Of a stretch of DNA of 64,000 nucleotides, positions 8,955 to 18,931 are shown piece by piece. The DNA lies in the NCBI GenBank assembly GCA_964419615.1, contig CAYQPU010000002.1, positions 16,096-80,095 of the forward strand, read 5' to 3'. The notes beneath the pieces were generated by a model. That model did no database searches, was not told where the DNA came from, and saw only the letters and a program-made list of their open reading frames with translations. Positions within the stretch are counted from its first letter, which is position 1; every line of letters starts with the position of its first letter. The translations under genes were made by a program, and so were the position numbers. The stretch is from an uncultured Methanosarcinales archaeon (GTDB taxonomy: Archaea; Nanobdellota; Nanobdellia; Woesearchaeales; JAGVZT01).

Positions 8955-8982
8955 ATTGTAAAACCATTATTTTTGTATTGAA

Positions 8983-10920
8983 ATGCAAATCAGATTATTT
9001 AACATTAAAAAGAAGAAGTTTGAATATATTAATGAAAGAGATATCTCTAATCATCTAAGTGAGTTAGATAAGCTAATTCATATTGTAAGCAACCATAGAA
9101 ATAGATATTATTACTTACCAAAAAAAACCGCAATAATTGAAATCCCAAAAAGTATCTCTTGTTACCAGTCTCATCCTTCAGACACAGAATCAGATCTGTT
9201 CAAAATTGTTGATAAGGATATAAAAAGAGACCGAGAAAAGCCTCTTTTTAAAGATCTAATTATAAATATGCACTCAAAATGTAATTTGGATTGTAAGTAT
9301 TGTTTTGGATTTTCAAAAGATAAAGAGTTAGAGACACCCACTGAAACAATAGTGGCTCTCATTAGCTATCTCTATAAAAAAAGATATTCTCTGAATAGAA
9401 TCTATTTCTTGGGATCTGGTGAAACACTACTTGAGTTTAATAGATTTAAAGATATAGTTTCGATACTTAAACAGTATTATCCAAATGTTCCAATAATAGT
9501 TGTTACAAATGGTATTTTATCAAAGCAAAAAATAGACTGGTTGATTAAAAGAAAGATAAATATAAGGTTGAGTTGTGATGGTCCAGCTTTTATAAATGAT
9601 GTTTCTAGACCCATAAAAAATAGCACAAAAAAACCATCAGAGACAGTTCATGCTAACCTCCAATACATAGTAAAGAATACATCTTTATTTACAATAGCAC
9701 CAACTATTACAAAATTATCTCAGGGATTTGAATCAAACATACTATACTTTTTTTGGAAATTAGGTGTGAAACTTGATAAGATCAGCTGGAACCATGCATC
9801 ATGCAGAGGAAAAGCAAAGGAACAGCCTACTATCTTAATGAATTATGATGAAATTAACAGATCACAAATTGTGTGGGATGAGTTGGAAGATATACTTGGA
9901 GATTACACTAAAACAAATATGTTTGTTAATATGATGGGAACACCTTTTCTTTGTGGAACCATTAATTTTGGCTGGATCACAATTGATGAAAGAGGATGTA
10001 TTAGTAGCTGTTCAAAGCATGTAAATTCTCTGAATAATTCCTTAATTGAAAAACTTTTAATTGGAAGATATGATTTTGAATCCAAAAAAATCCTTATTTC
10101 AAGTAACTCAATTAAGAATACAAATAATTGGATTATATCTGTAATGGAAAAGACAGATTGTTTTAATTGTGAATATCTTTCACTTTGTCGGGGCCCATGC
10201 TTCTATGATTCACTTGTGATTGAAGACAATATTGGTGAAGATAACAAAACAAATATCCAGTGTATTAAAAGGAAAAATTATGTTAATAATATCCTACAAT
10301 ATTTGATTGAGACTCATATGTGGAAGAAATATCCACACCACTTAGTAGAGAATGGAATAGAATACTTTAACTATTCTCATAATAAGTTTGAGATTAGAGA
10401 TCCCAATGACCTCCCAAATAAGTTTCAAAGTGCGATCAAGATTAAGATAGACGTTGAAAATAATTTAGGCAAACAAATAGATCACTTAATTAATTTAAGT
10501 AATTCTGAAAATTATTGTTTTAGATTTTTTTTACTTGAATTTAAAATAAACTTAACCAATCCGGAACAAATAGCTAAGAAAATAAACCACTTTCTTGGAA
10601 AATTACAGCAAAATTTTGTGTGTTTCCTTGTATTAAAGCCTCTCCCTTATTGTGTTAGGAGATATATTAAAAAAACTTTTTCAATACCAAACACTTGTCT
10701 TGAATGCAACAAAATGTTTACCGTAAAAGACAACAAAGTAATATTTTGTGATGGATCAGATGGGAAGAAATTTGATAAATATGTAGACAGGACGCAGATT
10801 TTCAATGACTTTAAGAAAATTAATAAGAACACTAATAATCTCTGCCTAAATTGCATTTACAAGGATAGAAAATTATGTTTTGGTTATGTTGAAAATATTA
10901 ATTGTATTGCGAACAATTAA
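8983..10920 (+). CDS. Radical SAM/SPASM protein with long C-terminal Cys-containing extension
   Basis: CNLDCKYC, FLGSGETL, LSCDG, SPASM LCG...SSC...CFNCEYLSLCRGPC; extra ~200 aa with CLEC and CLNCIYKDRKLC. Confidence 0.8.
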   Translation: MQIRLFNIKKKKFEYINERDISNHLSELDKLIHIVSNHRNRYYYLPKKTAIIEIPKSISCYQSHPSDTESDLFKIVDKDIKRDREKPLFKDLIINMHSKCNLDCKYCFGFSKDKELETPTETIVALISYLYKKRYSLNRIYFLGSGETLLEFNRFKDIVSILKQYYPNVPIIVVTNGILSKQKIDWLIKRKINIRLSCDGPAFINDVSRPIKNSTKKPSETVHANLQYIVKNTSLFTIAPTITKLSQGFESNILYFFWKLGVKLDKISWNHASCRGKAKEQPTILMNYDEINRSQIVWDELEDILGDYTKTNMFVNMMGTPFLCGTINFGWITIDERGCISSCSKHVNSLNNSLIEKLLIGRYDFESKKILISSNSIKNTNNWIISVMEKTDCFNCEYLSLCRGPCFYDSLVIEDNIGEDNKTNIQCIKRKNYVNNILQYLIETHMWKKYPHHLVENGIEYFNYSHNKFEIRDPNDLPNKFQSAIKIKIDVENNLGKQIDHLINLSNSENYCFRFFLLEFKINLTNPEQIAKKINHFLGKLQQNFVCFLVLKPLPYCVRRYIKKTFSIPNTCLECNKMFTVKDNKVIFCDGSDGKKFDKYVDRTQIFNDFKKINKNTNNLCLNCIYKDRKLCFGYVENINCIANN

Positions 10921-11335
10921 CATAAGTTACATATAAACCTAAAACATCATTCTCCTTAGTGTCTATCATATAAGAACCCTTGTCTGTAGTAATTATTGCT
11001 ATTTCCTTCTCGTGTATGATTTTATTCAATTGGAGTGCAATGGGTTCTGAAGTATCATTAATTCCTAAAGTTTTATTGTTAATTGATATAATTGTTTCAC
11101 CAACCGAGATAGAAGTATTACCAAATTTACTATAAGTGCTAATGTTGACTATTGTTAACCCACAAACAGGATTATTTGAATATGCTTCTTTACTTAAGTT
11201 TACCCATAACAAAGTTTCATTCATAGAATCATTAACACTAGAAGAATTGGAAAATACTTGGAAAAATAAGTAAAATACAGCAACCACTATTATAAACCAC
11301 ACAATTTTCTTTTTTGAATATTTATCTTTTATCAA
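10898..11335 (-). CDS. Membrane-anchored protein with a PDZ-like ectodomain
   Basis: Single N-terminal TM; GLTIVNI...VGETIISINN pattern. Confidence 0.5.
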   Translation of the reverse strand: MIKDKYSKKKIVWFIIVVAVFYLFFQVFSNSSSVNDSMNETLLWVNLSKEAYSNNPVCGLTIVNISTYSKFGNTSISVGETIISINNKTLGINDTSEPIALQLNKIIHEKEIAIITTDKGSYMIDTKENDVLGLYVTYVNCSQYN

Positions 11336-11532
11336 GATGAATTAATAACCTCTTTGTTATATTTTTAAAACTTTCTATTTTTATATCCTATTCAAAAGTA
11401 GTTTCCAAATATAAAAAGATTTTTGAAACCAGTTTAGTTAATAACATAAATTAAACAGTTTGTGCATAAGATCTTAATCTTATTTAACTGCTTAGCTTGG
11501 ATTTTCAGAAAAAACTTTATTGATTATCCAAA

Positions 11533-11547
11533 GAAAAGATTTAAATA
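11533..11547 (+). promoter_or_regulatory. BRE + TATA promoter upstream of the second hxsC-like operon
   Basis: GAAAAG-A-TTTAAATA ending 23 nt before ATG 11570, a spacing compatible with a leaderless transcript. Confidence 0.55.
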
Positions 11548-11569
11548 ACATTATTGAGACTTTCTAAAC

Positions 11570-12499
11570 ATGGGCAAAAGAGTAGACATTAAGACTGGTT
11601 TTAAGTGCAACAATAATTGTAAGTTCTGTGTACAGGCTTGGAAAAAGCCAGAAGGCAATCGACCCAAAGAAGATATTTCTAAAGACCTGTATGATGCAAA
11701 AAAAGCAGGATGCGTGGGAGTTGTTTTTACTGGTGGAGAGGTTTCAATAAGGGCAGATTTTTTTGAGCTTTTAGAGTGTGCACATGACATTGGATTTGCT
11801 GAAATCCAAGTACAAACAAATGCAAGAAGGTTTTATTACATGGATTTTTGCATAAAAGCAGTGAGGGCAGGCATGAATGATTTTGGGCCAGCAATTCATG
11901 GACATACAGCAGAGTTGCATGATTCATTGACACAAAGCCAAGGAAGCTTTAATCAAGCCTGCCAAGCTATAAAAAATATAAAATCTCTTGGAGTTAATGT
12001 GATTACAAACACTGTTGTTGTTAGACCCAATTATAAGTTTATTCCAGAGATAGCAAAATTACTGGTCAGCCTTGATGTGAATCAATACCAGTTTGCATTT
12101 ATGCATGCTGTAGGCAACGCTATGGATAATTATAATAAAATGATGCCAAGAGTAAGTCTGGCTGCTCCCTACATTAAAAAAGGACTTCAGATAGGAATTG
12201 ATGCAGGCAAAAAAGTAATGGCTGAAGCAATGCCTTATTGTGTTATGAAAGGATATGAGAGATACACTTCTGAACTTTACATACCTGAAACTGAAATTAG
12301 GGATACAACCAGTTATGATCCTGATTTTGGAAATACCAGGAGAACACAAGGAAAGGTGAAATTTTCAAAATGCAAGCAGTGCAAGTACGACCTTATCTGT
12401 GAAGGTCCATGGAAAGAGTATCCGGAAAGAATGGGCTCAAAGGAGTTTGTACCTGTGAAAGGTGACAAAATAATAAGTGCTAAGGAGATCCTATGCTAG
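11570..12499 (+). CDS. HxsC-like radical SAM protein
   Basis: CNNNCKFC, FTGGE, VQTNAR, AIHGHTAELHDSLTQ, MPYC, CKQCKYDLICEG. Confidence 0.88.
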   Translation: MGKRVDIKTGFKCNNNCKFCVQAWKKPEGNRPKEDISKDLYDAKKAGCVGVVFTGGEVSIRADFFELLECAHDIGFAEIQVQTNARRFYYMDFCIKAVRAGMNDFGPAIHGHTAELHDSLTQSQGSFNQACQAIKNIKSLGVNVITNTVVVRPNYKFIPEIAKLLVSLDVNQYQFAFMHAVGNAMDNYNKMMPRVSLAAPYIKKGLQIGIDAGKKVMAEAMPYCVMKGYERYTSELYIPETEIRDTTSYDPDFGNTRRTQGKVKFSKCKQCKYDLICEGPWKEYPERMGSKEFVPVKGDKIISAKEILC

Positions 12500-13455
12500 A
12501 ACAATATAAACCTGTTAACTATGGTGAAGAGTATGTGGAATTTTGTGGGAGTTCACAATACCCAATGTTTGTTGCAACTGCACTAGGTGTTAAGCCTTGT
12601 TTTGATGATTGGGTTCCTTGCAATAAATATGGAGAATTTGTAGGAATCTGTAAGGAATACGGGTTATTTGTTGAGCCGGATGTGGTTTTTGTAAAAACGA
12701 GTTTAGATAAAAAACAGGTTGTAGGAGGAGACACAATTACAACAACATTTACAGAGGTTGTGCCGTTTAAGGAAAATGCCAAGAATGGGCAGGTGCATGT
12801 TTTTGTATCAAAAGCCAAAGACCAAGCAATTAGAACTAGGAGGTGTGGGTGGTATCCGGGAATTATTAGTGGCAGATCAGTAAATAAACCATTTGTTGAC
12901 CACATGAGATTTGGAAAGAACTTGGGTTTCCCAGAATGCTGTGTGGATTTCTTTAGAAAGTACAATAATTGGGCAAAATACTCACACCCATACGAAAGCT
13001 ATAATAGCACACCAAACAAAAGTAGTCCGTCCTCATATTATTGTAATAATTTCACAATGGATTTTATCTATTTTTATATTCACCATATCCCATGTAATTT
13101 TAAATGCGATGCAACTATCGCTTCTGCAAAAGTTGTAGAGAATAAAATAAAAGATGTTGAACCAAAATTTGTTGAGAAAACTAATAAGATTCTAAAAAGT
13201 CCGTTGTTAGTCTTTGGTGAACGTAATTTCATATTGTTTGAGGAAGGTAATTACTCAAAAGGAGAATTAAAATACAAAAAAACAAAATATATCTCAAATT
13301 ACGCCCGAAAAGAGGATAGAGTTGGATTTATTAATGATGTTCAAAAAGGCAATAGTTTGTTTTTCAAAGATAAGAAATTATGTGTAGAGAAAAATGAAAA
13401 CTTAATCTTTGAGATAGAGAAAGAGCCTGAATGGTTTATAATTGATTTTCAATAA
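12493..13455 (+). CDS. Conserved hypothetical protein with LG(F/Y)PxCC and HxPCxxxC motifs (DUF483-like)
   Basis: GKNLGFPECC and HHIPCNFKCDAT; paralog at 36895-37797. Confidence 0.6.
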   Translation: MLEQYKPVNYGEEYVEFCGSSQYPMFVATALGVKPCFDDWVPCNKYGEFVGICKEYGLFVEPDVVFVKTSLDKKQVVGGDTITTTFTEVVPFKENAKNGQVHVFVSKAKDQAIRTRRCGWYPGIISGRSVNKPFVDHMRFGKNLGFPECCVDFFRKYNNWAKYSHPYESYNSTPNKSSPSSYYCNNFTMDFIYFYIHHIPCNFKCDATIASAKVVENKIKDVEPKFVEKTNKILKSPLLVFGERNFILFEEGNYSKGELKYKKTKYISNYARKEDRVGFINDVQKGNSLFFKDKKLCVEKNENLIFEIEKEPEWFIIDFQ

Positions 13456-13933
13456 AATGATTAAAGAACTTGAAGAATATCTTAGATTCCCAGTCAAAAG
13501 GGTTATTGTTAAATTAGACTATGAGACCCCTCATGATGAGGCTTTCTCATACGCAATTTGTCAGAGATTCTTTAATAAACCAGATCAGTTAAAAACTGCG
13601 ATGCAACTTGGAAATAAGGCTCTCAACCAATTGCTAAAAAAAGAAGATTATATCCAGATTAGTCATCTATTTGCACTTGTTGGGAATATGTACTATCTCC
13701 AGGAGAAATATAAAATCAGTGCGGGATACTTTTTAAAGAGCATAAATTATAATAAAAAAGATCTTACCAGTTGGATTGAGCTGATATTCTCAATAAGAGC
13801 CATGGGAGATTTTGATACATTTGATAAGTGTATATTTAATCTTAAAAAGCTATATACGCTTGGACAAAGAGAAGAAGAGATTACACAACAAACGCTGCTA
13901 AAACTAATTGAGCAGGCATGTAAAAATGGGTAA
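13442..13933 (+). CDS. TPR-containing protein
   Basis: LVGNMYYLQEKYKISAGYFLKSINYNKKDLTSWIEL TPR-like helices. Confidence 0.65.
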   Translation: MIFNKMIKELEEYLRFPVKRVIVKLDYETPHDEAFSYAICQRFFNKPDQLKTAMQLGNKALNQLLKKEDYIQISHLFALVGNMYYLQEKYKISAGYFLKSINYNKKDLTSWIELIFSIRAMGDFDTFDKCIFNLKKLYTLGQREEEITQQTLLKLIEQACKNG

Positions 13934-14831
13934 TAAATCAGAAGTAATCGGGTTGATCCATAAATGCAATTGTTTATGTATTATGTGTCCAAATTCTTTA
14001 AGTTATCGTAAACTTAAAGATATGACTAAACTTGAATTTTTTGAGTGGGTAGACAGACTTACACCAGATGTCAACCACATTACCTTTACAGGAGGTGAAC
14101 CAACTCTCCGACGCGATTTGTTTGAGCTTATTAATTATGTTAATCAGAAGAGGCCAGACATACATATGAGGCTGCTTACAAATGCCAGGATGTTTTATTA
14201 CAAATCTTATTTGGATGATTTTCTTGCTCAAGGCCTAAAAAACCTCGAATTTGGCATCCCTATTTGTGGACCAAATGCAAAAACCCATGATAAGGTTACA
14301 AAGGCTAAAGGTAGCTTTGAGCAAACCATGGGGGGAATGAAGAACCTCATGGCAAATGGATTTTTAGTTGAATTAAGAATTGTGATTAATAAGATCAATC
14401 TTGATGAGTTGAATAATATGTCTGAGCTGATCAAAAAAGAACTAAATGATGTACTCAGGATCACATTTTATTACATGCAAATCACAGGAAATGCTTTAAA
14501 AAATAAGGACGAAGTTTTTATTTCATATAAAAAAATTCGTGATAAAATTGATATTGCGCTTAACAGTCTGAATGGGTTTACAATTGGACTTTGTCATTTC
14601 CCACTTTGCACTGTTAATCCAAAATGGTGGCCAATTGTTTGGAGGAGCGTTGTTGATAGGAAGCTGTTTTTCCCTGAAAAATGTAATTTGTGTTTGTATA
14701 AAAAGTATTGCCTGGGAGTTATGAAAAGTTATAGGGCCAATTTTGGGGTAGGAGAATTTCAGCCAATTAAACAAAAGTACAATATTGTTGAGAGCAATGA
14801 TCTAGCACGGCCAATAAAAGAGGTGCTATAA
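13908..14831 (+). CDS. hxsC: His-Xaa-Ser system radical SAM maturase HxsC (best match among the paralogs)
   Basis: CNCLCIMCPN, FTGGEPTL, LLTNARMF, GIPICG, VELRIVI, FPLC, CNLCLYKKYCLG. Confidence 0.8.
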   Translation: MSRHVKMGNKSEVIGLIHKCNCLCIMCPNSLSYRKLKDMTKLEFFEWVDRLTPDVNHITFTGGEPTLRRDLFELINYVNQKRPDIHMRLLTNARMFYYKSYLDDFLAQGLKNLEFGIPICGPNAKTHDKVTKAKGSFEQTMGGMKNLMANGFLVELRIVINKINLDELNNMSELIKKELNDVLRITFYYMQITGNALKNKDEVFISYKKIRDKIDIALNSLNGFTIGLCHFPLCTVNPKWWPIVWRSVVDRKLFFPEKCNLCLYKKYCLGVMKSYRANFGVGEFQPIKQKYNIVESNDLARPIKEVL

Positions 14832-15771
14832 TGCCAGAACGTATTACAATTATCCAGGATTACAGATGCAATAACAACTGTATGTTTTGCTGTAATGGAG
14901 ACAAAAGAAATGATTTCAAAGGAATGAACACAATAGAAGTAATGGAAACAATGAGGGTTGGAAGAAAAAGAGGGGCAACTTTTATTGACTTTATTGGTGG
15001 TGAGCCAACAATGAGAAGCAATATTATCCCACTTGTGAAATATGCTAAAAAATTGGGCTTTATAACTATAGCAACAACATCTAATGGGAGGATGTATTCT
15101 TATCCAGAATTTACAAAAAAAATGATTGATGCGGCCCAAATGCACAAATTCATGATTATTTAACAAGAGTTCCGGGTTCATTTGACCAGGCATTAAAAGG
15201 CATAGAAAATGCAAAAAAATTTGGTATAGAGCGAATTGAAATCAACACAACAATTGTTAAACCAAATTACAAGCATCTGCCGAAAATGGCCCAGATGTAC
15301 AATGAGCTAGGAGTTGCTGAACCTAATTATATCTTTCCAGATCCTACGCCTATTGGATATGCATATAAATACTTTGATGAAATAGTCCCAACATACACAG
15401 AATCAATGCTTTATGTTAGAAAAGCTATTCAGGTAGGGGTTGATGGTTTAAATGACCAGATACTAACACAATATGTTCCCGCATGTTTTATGAAAGGCTA
15501 TGAAAAACATATAGGTGAGTTCTTTTTTGAACCTGAAACAGAACATCATGCTTCAGATTTTATTAATGAGAATGTTATTGAGGGAAGAAAACAAGCAGGA
15601 AAATTAAAAGGTCCTCAATGCCGCAAATGTAAATTTGATCCAGTCTGTGAGGGAGTATGGAAACAATATGGTAAGAAGATAGGCCTTCATGAACTAGTGC
15701 CTGTTCCAGGAAAACCATTTAGAACAAAGAAAGAACTCTTGATTGAGTTCTACGGTGAAGAGACTTTGTGA
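14831..15771 (+). pseudogene. HxsC-like radical SAM split by a short deletion/frameshift near 15134
   Basis: ORF 14831-15163 (CNNNCMFC...TTSNGRM...KMIDA) continues in another frame as GPNAQIHDYLTRVPGSF... through 15771; the segment that ends in SxH in paralogs is missing. Confidence 0.8.
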
Positions 15772-17261
15772 AAATAGTATGTTGCTGAACCATAAGAATA
15801 ATTCTTATATATAGAAAGATTATGAATTTCTTTTATTTCATTACAAATAGGATAATATTCAGGTGACCAATCTTTAATGCAATAAAAATCTTCAAAAAAC
15901 AGCCAACAGCTATTTGAAGTATTTATTTTGGGATCAATTAATTTTTCCAGGCCAACAGCTGTCAGATTTGTTGTTGATTCAAAAGCAATAGGAAATGCAG
16001 CAGCAATAGTACATCCTTGCAGCTCTTTTTCTACTTTCTCAATAATCTGTGTCTCTAAACTCACATAATCAACTGCCTCACCATACACAATTCCTTTAAT
16101 CTGAAAAGAGGTCAGAATCAAAATCAAAACCAAAGAGCATAATTTAAACAATTGTTTGTATTTTCCTTTAAACAGAGTAGATAATTCTTTAATACCTTTA
16201 GCAGCCAAAACTATTATTACCAAATAAAACATCATAAACATTCTGTCTCTAATCCATAATTCATTATGCCATGTTCCAAAGTGAAATAACCAAAAAAAGA
16301 CAACATATGTGAGAGAAAAAGCTCCAAATCTTGACCACAATCCGAAAATAGCAAATAACGGAATCAAATATACCAAATAATCCCACTTTATTATCTCGTG
16401 ACCATATCTTTTTGTATTCTCGACCAAGTTTTCTAAGCTCCAATTCTTTCTAAGTTTATTATTGTAATCATCTTCTCTTGTTTGATCATAATGCTCAGAA
16501 TACCACCCTGCAATTCTTAGAAAATGTGGCGTAACAATCAAGAAAACAAATAAACAGCCTATCAGCAAATGCTTAAGTTCTTTTTTTGAGATCTTTCTTG
16601 AAAATATAAATCTCCCAATGAAAAATAAAGGAATTAAAACATAATTCTCAGGCCGGATAACACAGGTAAAAGAGATCACTGCCAAACTTAGGTACATAAG
16701 TCTGCTCCTCTTTAATCTGTAATATAAAAACATTAGAGTGATACTAAAAACAATGAAAAACAGACTAGTTACATTAGTCTCTGCACTTCCAGACCATTTC
16801 AAATGAATGGGTAACACACTAAAAATTAATGTGCTATAAAGGCTTATCTTCTCATCCCTAAAAATTGTGTAGGTCATAAAAAAGATAAGAACAATTGTTG
16901 AGGCTCCCAGAATGGCAGAGATATATATAGGCACATAATTGTTAACTCCAAACAGCTTGAAGGAAAAAGATATTAAAAATGGCCAGCCGAGGGATTTTCT
17001 ATAATTACCAATATCATTTTGAATTAACAGATCTTTCCCAGTCTTCATATACATAAATTCATCATTGAGCATAAGGTGTGCTTTTGGGATTACAAATAAT
17101 CTTACTAACAACGAGATTAAGAAGATTATCCAAAGAAAAACTTGATACTTCCTATTTATCCTAAAAAACTTTCTAATATCTTTAAAATTAACCATGAATA
17201 AAACAATTGATAGTGAAAGACTAAACTTTACTAAGAGCACTACTAAACTATTGCTAAACAT
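15750..17261 (-). CDS. GT-C fold glycosyltransferase (PMT/ArnT-like, family 39-like)
   Basis: Many TM helices; NDE acidic motif in the first loop; HLKWSGSAETN; IRPEN. Confidence 0.75.
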   Translation of the reverse strand: MFSNSLVVLLVKFSLSLSIVLFMVNFKDIRKFFRINRKYQVFLWIIFLISLLVRLFVIPKAHLMLNDEFMYMKTGKDLLIQNDIGNYRKSLGWPFLISFSFKLFGVNNYVPIYISAILGASTIVLIFFMTYTIFRDEKISLYSTLIFSVLPIHLKWSGSAETNVTSLFFIVFSITLMFLYYRLKRSRLMYLSLAVISFTCVIRPENYVLIPLFFIGRFIFSRKISKKELKHLLIGCLFVFLIVTPHFLRIAGWYSEHYDQTREDDYNNKLRKNWSLENLVENTKRYGHEIIKWDYLVYLIPLFAIFGLWSRFGAFSLTYVVFFWLFHFGTWHNELWIRDRMFMMFYLVIIVLAAKGIKELSTLFKGKYKQLFKLCSLVLILILTSFQIKGIVYGEAVDYVSLETQIIEKVEKELQGCTIAAAFPIAFESTTNLTAVGLEKLIDPKINTSNSCWLFFEDFYCIKDWSPEYYPICNEIKEIHNLSIYKNYSYGSATYYFHKVSSP

Positions 17262-17348
17262 AGATCCTAAGTTATTCTATTTGTATTTATTCTTTTTGCC
17301 ATATGTATCATTCTGGAAGTTTATGATTGACCTCAAAAAGTTATCTTA

Positions 17349-18848
17349 TCAATTTAGATGTATTCTATAAAATGTATACTCACTTTCACCGTGCTTATAA
17401 GCTTTGTACACAGTATTATCATATTTATTGAGTAATTCATCACACTTTTTCCTAAACTTATCAGTCCACCAATCTTTACAGTAATAATCTTCAAAAAACA
17501 GCAGACACTCATTTGACAAAGAAAATTCTGTTCTATCAGATAACAAGAGTTTGTTAGCATTAATAACTTTCAGATTAGTAGTTGATTCAAACACAATTGG
17601 TTGCATAGTAAGAATTGTACAATTTTTGATCTCTTTTTCAGCAATCTCAGGAATATTTGTTTGAAGAGTCCAAGCATCATTTGGTTTTGAAGATAGGTGA
17701 TTGATAGACTGGAAAAGAATAACCAAAATAATGAAAAAGCTTATCAGATTAAAAATAGTATTTTTCCACTGCTTTTTTAATCCAGCAATCTTTTTAATAG
17801 TCAGGACTGCTAGAGCAATAAAAACAGGGTAAAAAGTCAAGTATATTCTCCTTCTTCCTCCTAGAGTATCTAGCCAGGAAGTAAAATATACAAGCCAGAA
17901 CAAAACTAAGTAAATGCTTGCAAATAAACCAAATTTTGAAACAACCCCTATAACAGCAAATAAAGTAATAAAAACAGGGAATTTTGGATTACTAAACACT
18001 TCTCCACCATAATCAAATGAATTTGAAACCAGATTCTTTAAACTCCAGTTCTCTCCTTTAACTTTACCTTCAGAATCACTTTGCATCTGGTTATAGCTAG
18101 TGTACCAGTCTAATTGTTGGATTAAATTTGGTGCAGCTAAAACAAGAGCAAGAATAGCTGCAATAATAACATGTTTTGAAATCTTTTTGTTATAAATCCA
18201 TATTCCTGCAAAAAACAAAAGAAACAAAACATGATTCTCAGGCCTTATAATACAAGCAAAACTAATCACAGCAAGACTCAAGTAAAGCAAGGATTTTTTT
18301 TGATCATGATAATACACAAACATTGTAAAAACCGCAAGAGTAATAAAAAACACACTCACTATATTTGTTTCTGCACTTCCTGACCACTCAAGATGCAGAG
18401 GTAGGAAAGTCAGAATTGCTGATGAAATCAAACTCACTCTCTCGCTTTTTGAGATTGCATAAGTCATCAAGAACATAGATAAAGTAGTTAAAACACCAAA
18501 AAAAGCTGAAGTATATAGCGCAACATGATTGTTAATACCAAACAATCTAAACGCAAATGATATCAAGACTGGCCAGCCAATAGATTTCTGATATCCTGGT
18601 GTTGAGTTATTCAGCAGTAAATTCTTCCCTGCCTTCATGTAGTAATATTCATCATTATACATATAATGGTAAACATTATTTAGAAAAAGCCTCATAATAA
18701 ACGAAACTAACAAGAGTATAATTAGCAAGATCCAATATTTTTTCTTAACCCTGAAAAATTCTTTTAAATTTTTAAAATTGATTAGAAATAACACAACCAT
18801 AATCCAAAAACTAATTCTAGCAAAAATAATAATTAGCATATCATTCAT
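17349..18848 (-). CDS. GT-C fold glycosyltransferase, tandem paralog of 15750-17261
   Basis: NDEYYYMKAGK, HLEWSGSAETN, IRPEN and ESTTNL shared with its neighbour. Confidence 0.75.
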   Translation of the reverse strand: MNDMLIIIFARISFWIMVVLFLINFKNLKEFFRVKKKYWILLIILLLVSFIMRLFLNNVYHYMYNDEYYYMKAGKNLLLNNSTPGYQKSIGWPVLISFAFRLFGINNHVALYTSAFFGVLTTLSMFLMTYAISKSERVSLISSAILTFLPLHLEWSGSAETNIVSVFFITLAVFTMFVYYHDQKKSLLYLSLAVISFACIIRPENHVLFLLFFAGIWIYNKKISKHVIIAAILALVLAAPNLIQQLDWYTSYNQMQSDSEGKVKGENWSLKNLVSNSFDYGGEVFSNPKFPVFITLFAVIGVVSKFGLFASIYLVLFWLVYFTSWLDTLGGRRRIYLTFYPVFIALAVLTIKKIAGLKKQWKNTIFNLISFFIILVILFQSINHLSSKPNDAWTLQTNIPEIAEKEIKNCTILTMQPIVFESTTNLKVINANKLLLSDRTEFSLSNECLLFFEDYYCKDWWTDKFRKKCDELLNKYDNTVYKAYKHGESEYTFYRIHLN

Positions 18849-18931
18849 AATGTAATAATTCCTATTGTTGTATTTATTTGTTTATATTGCAATTCAATAA
18901 TACTTAAAAAACCTGATTACTTTATTCAAAT

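Noticed and set aside
8674-8961. Alternative-frame ORF (MVPMVP.../VMV repeats)
   Set aside because: Shadow of the His-x-Ser repeat in another frame; the HxS frame has the SD, leader and pathway context.
14759-15214. 151-aa minus-strand ORF
   Set aside because: Antisense to two radical SAM genes with clear motifs.
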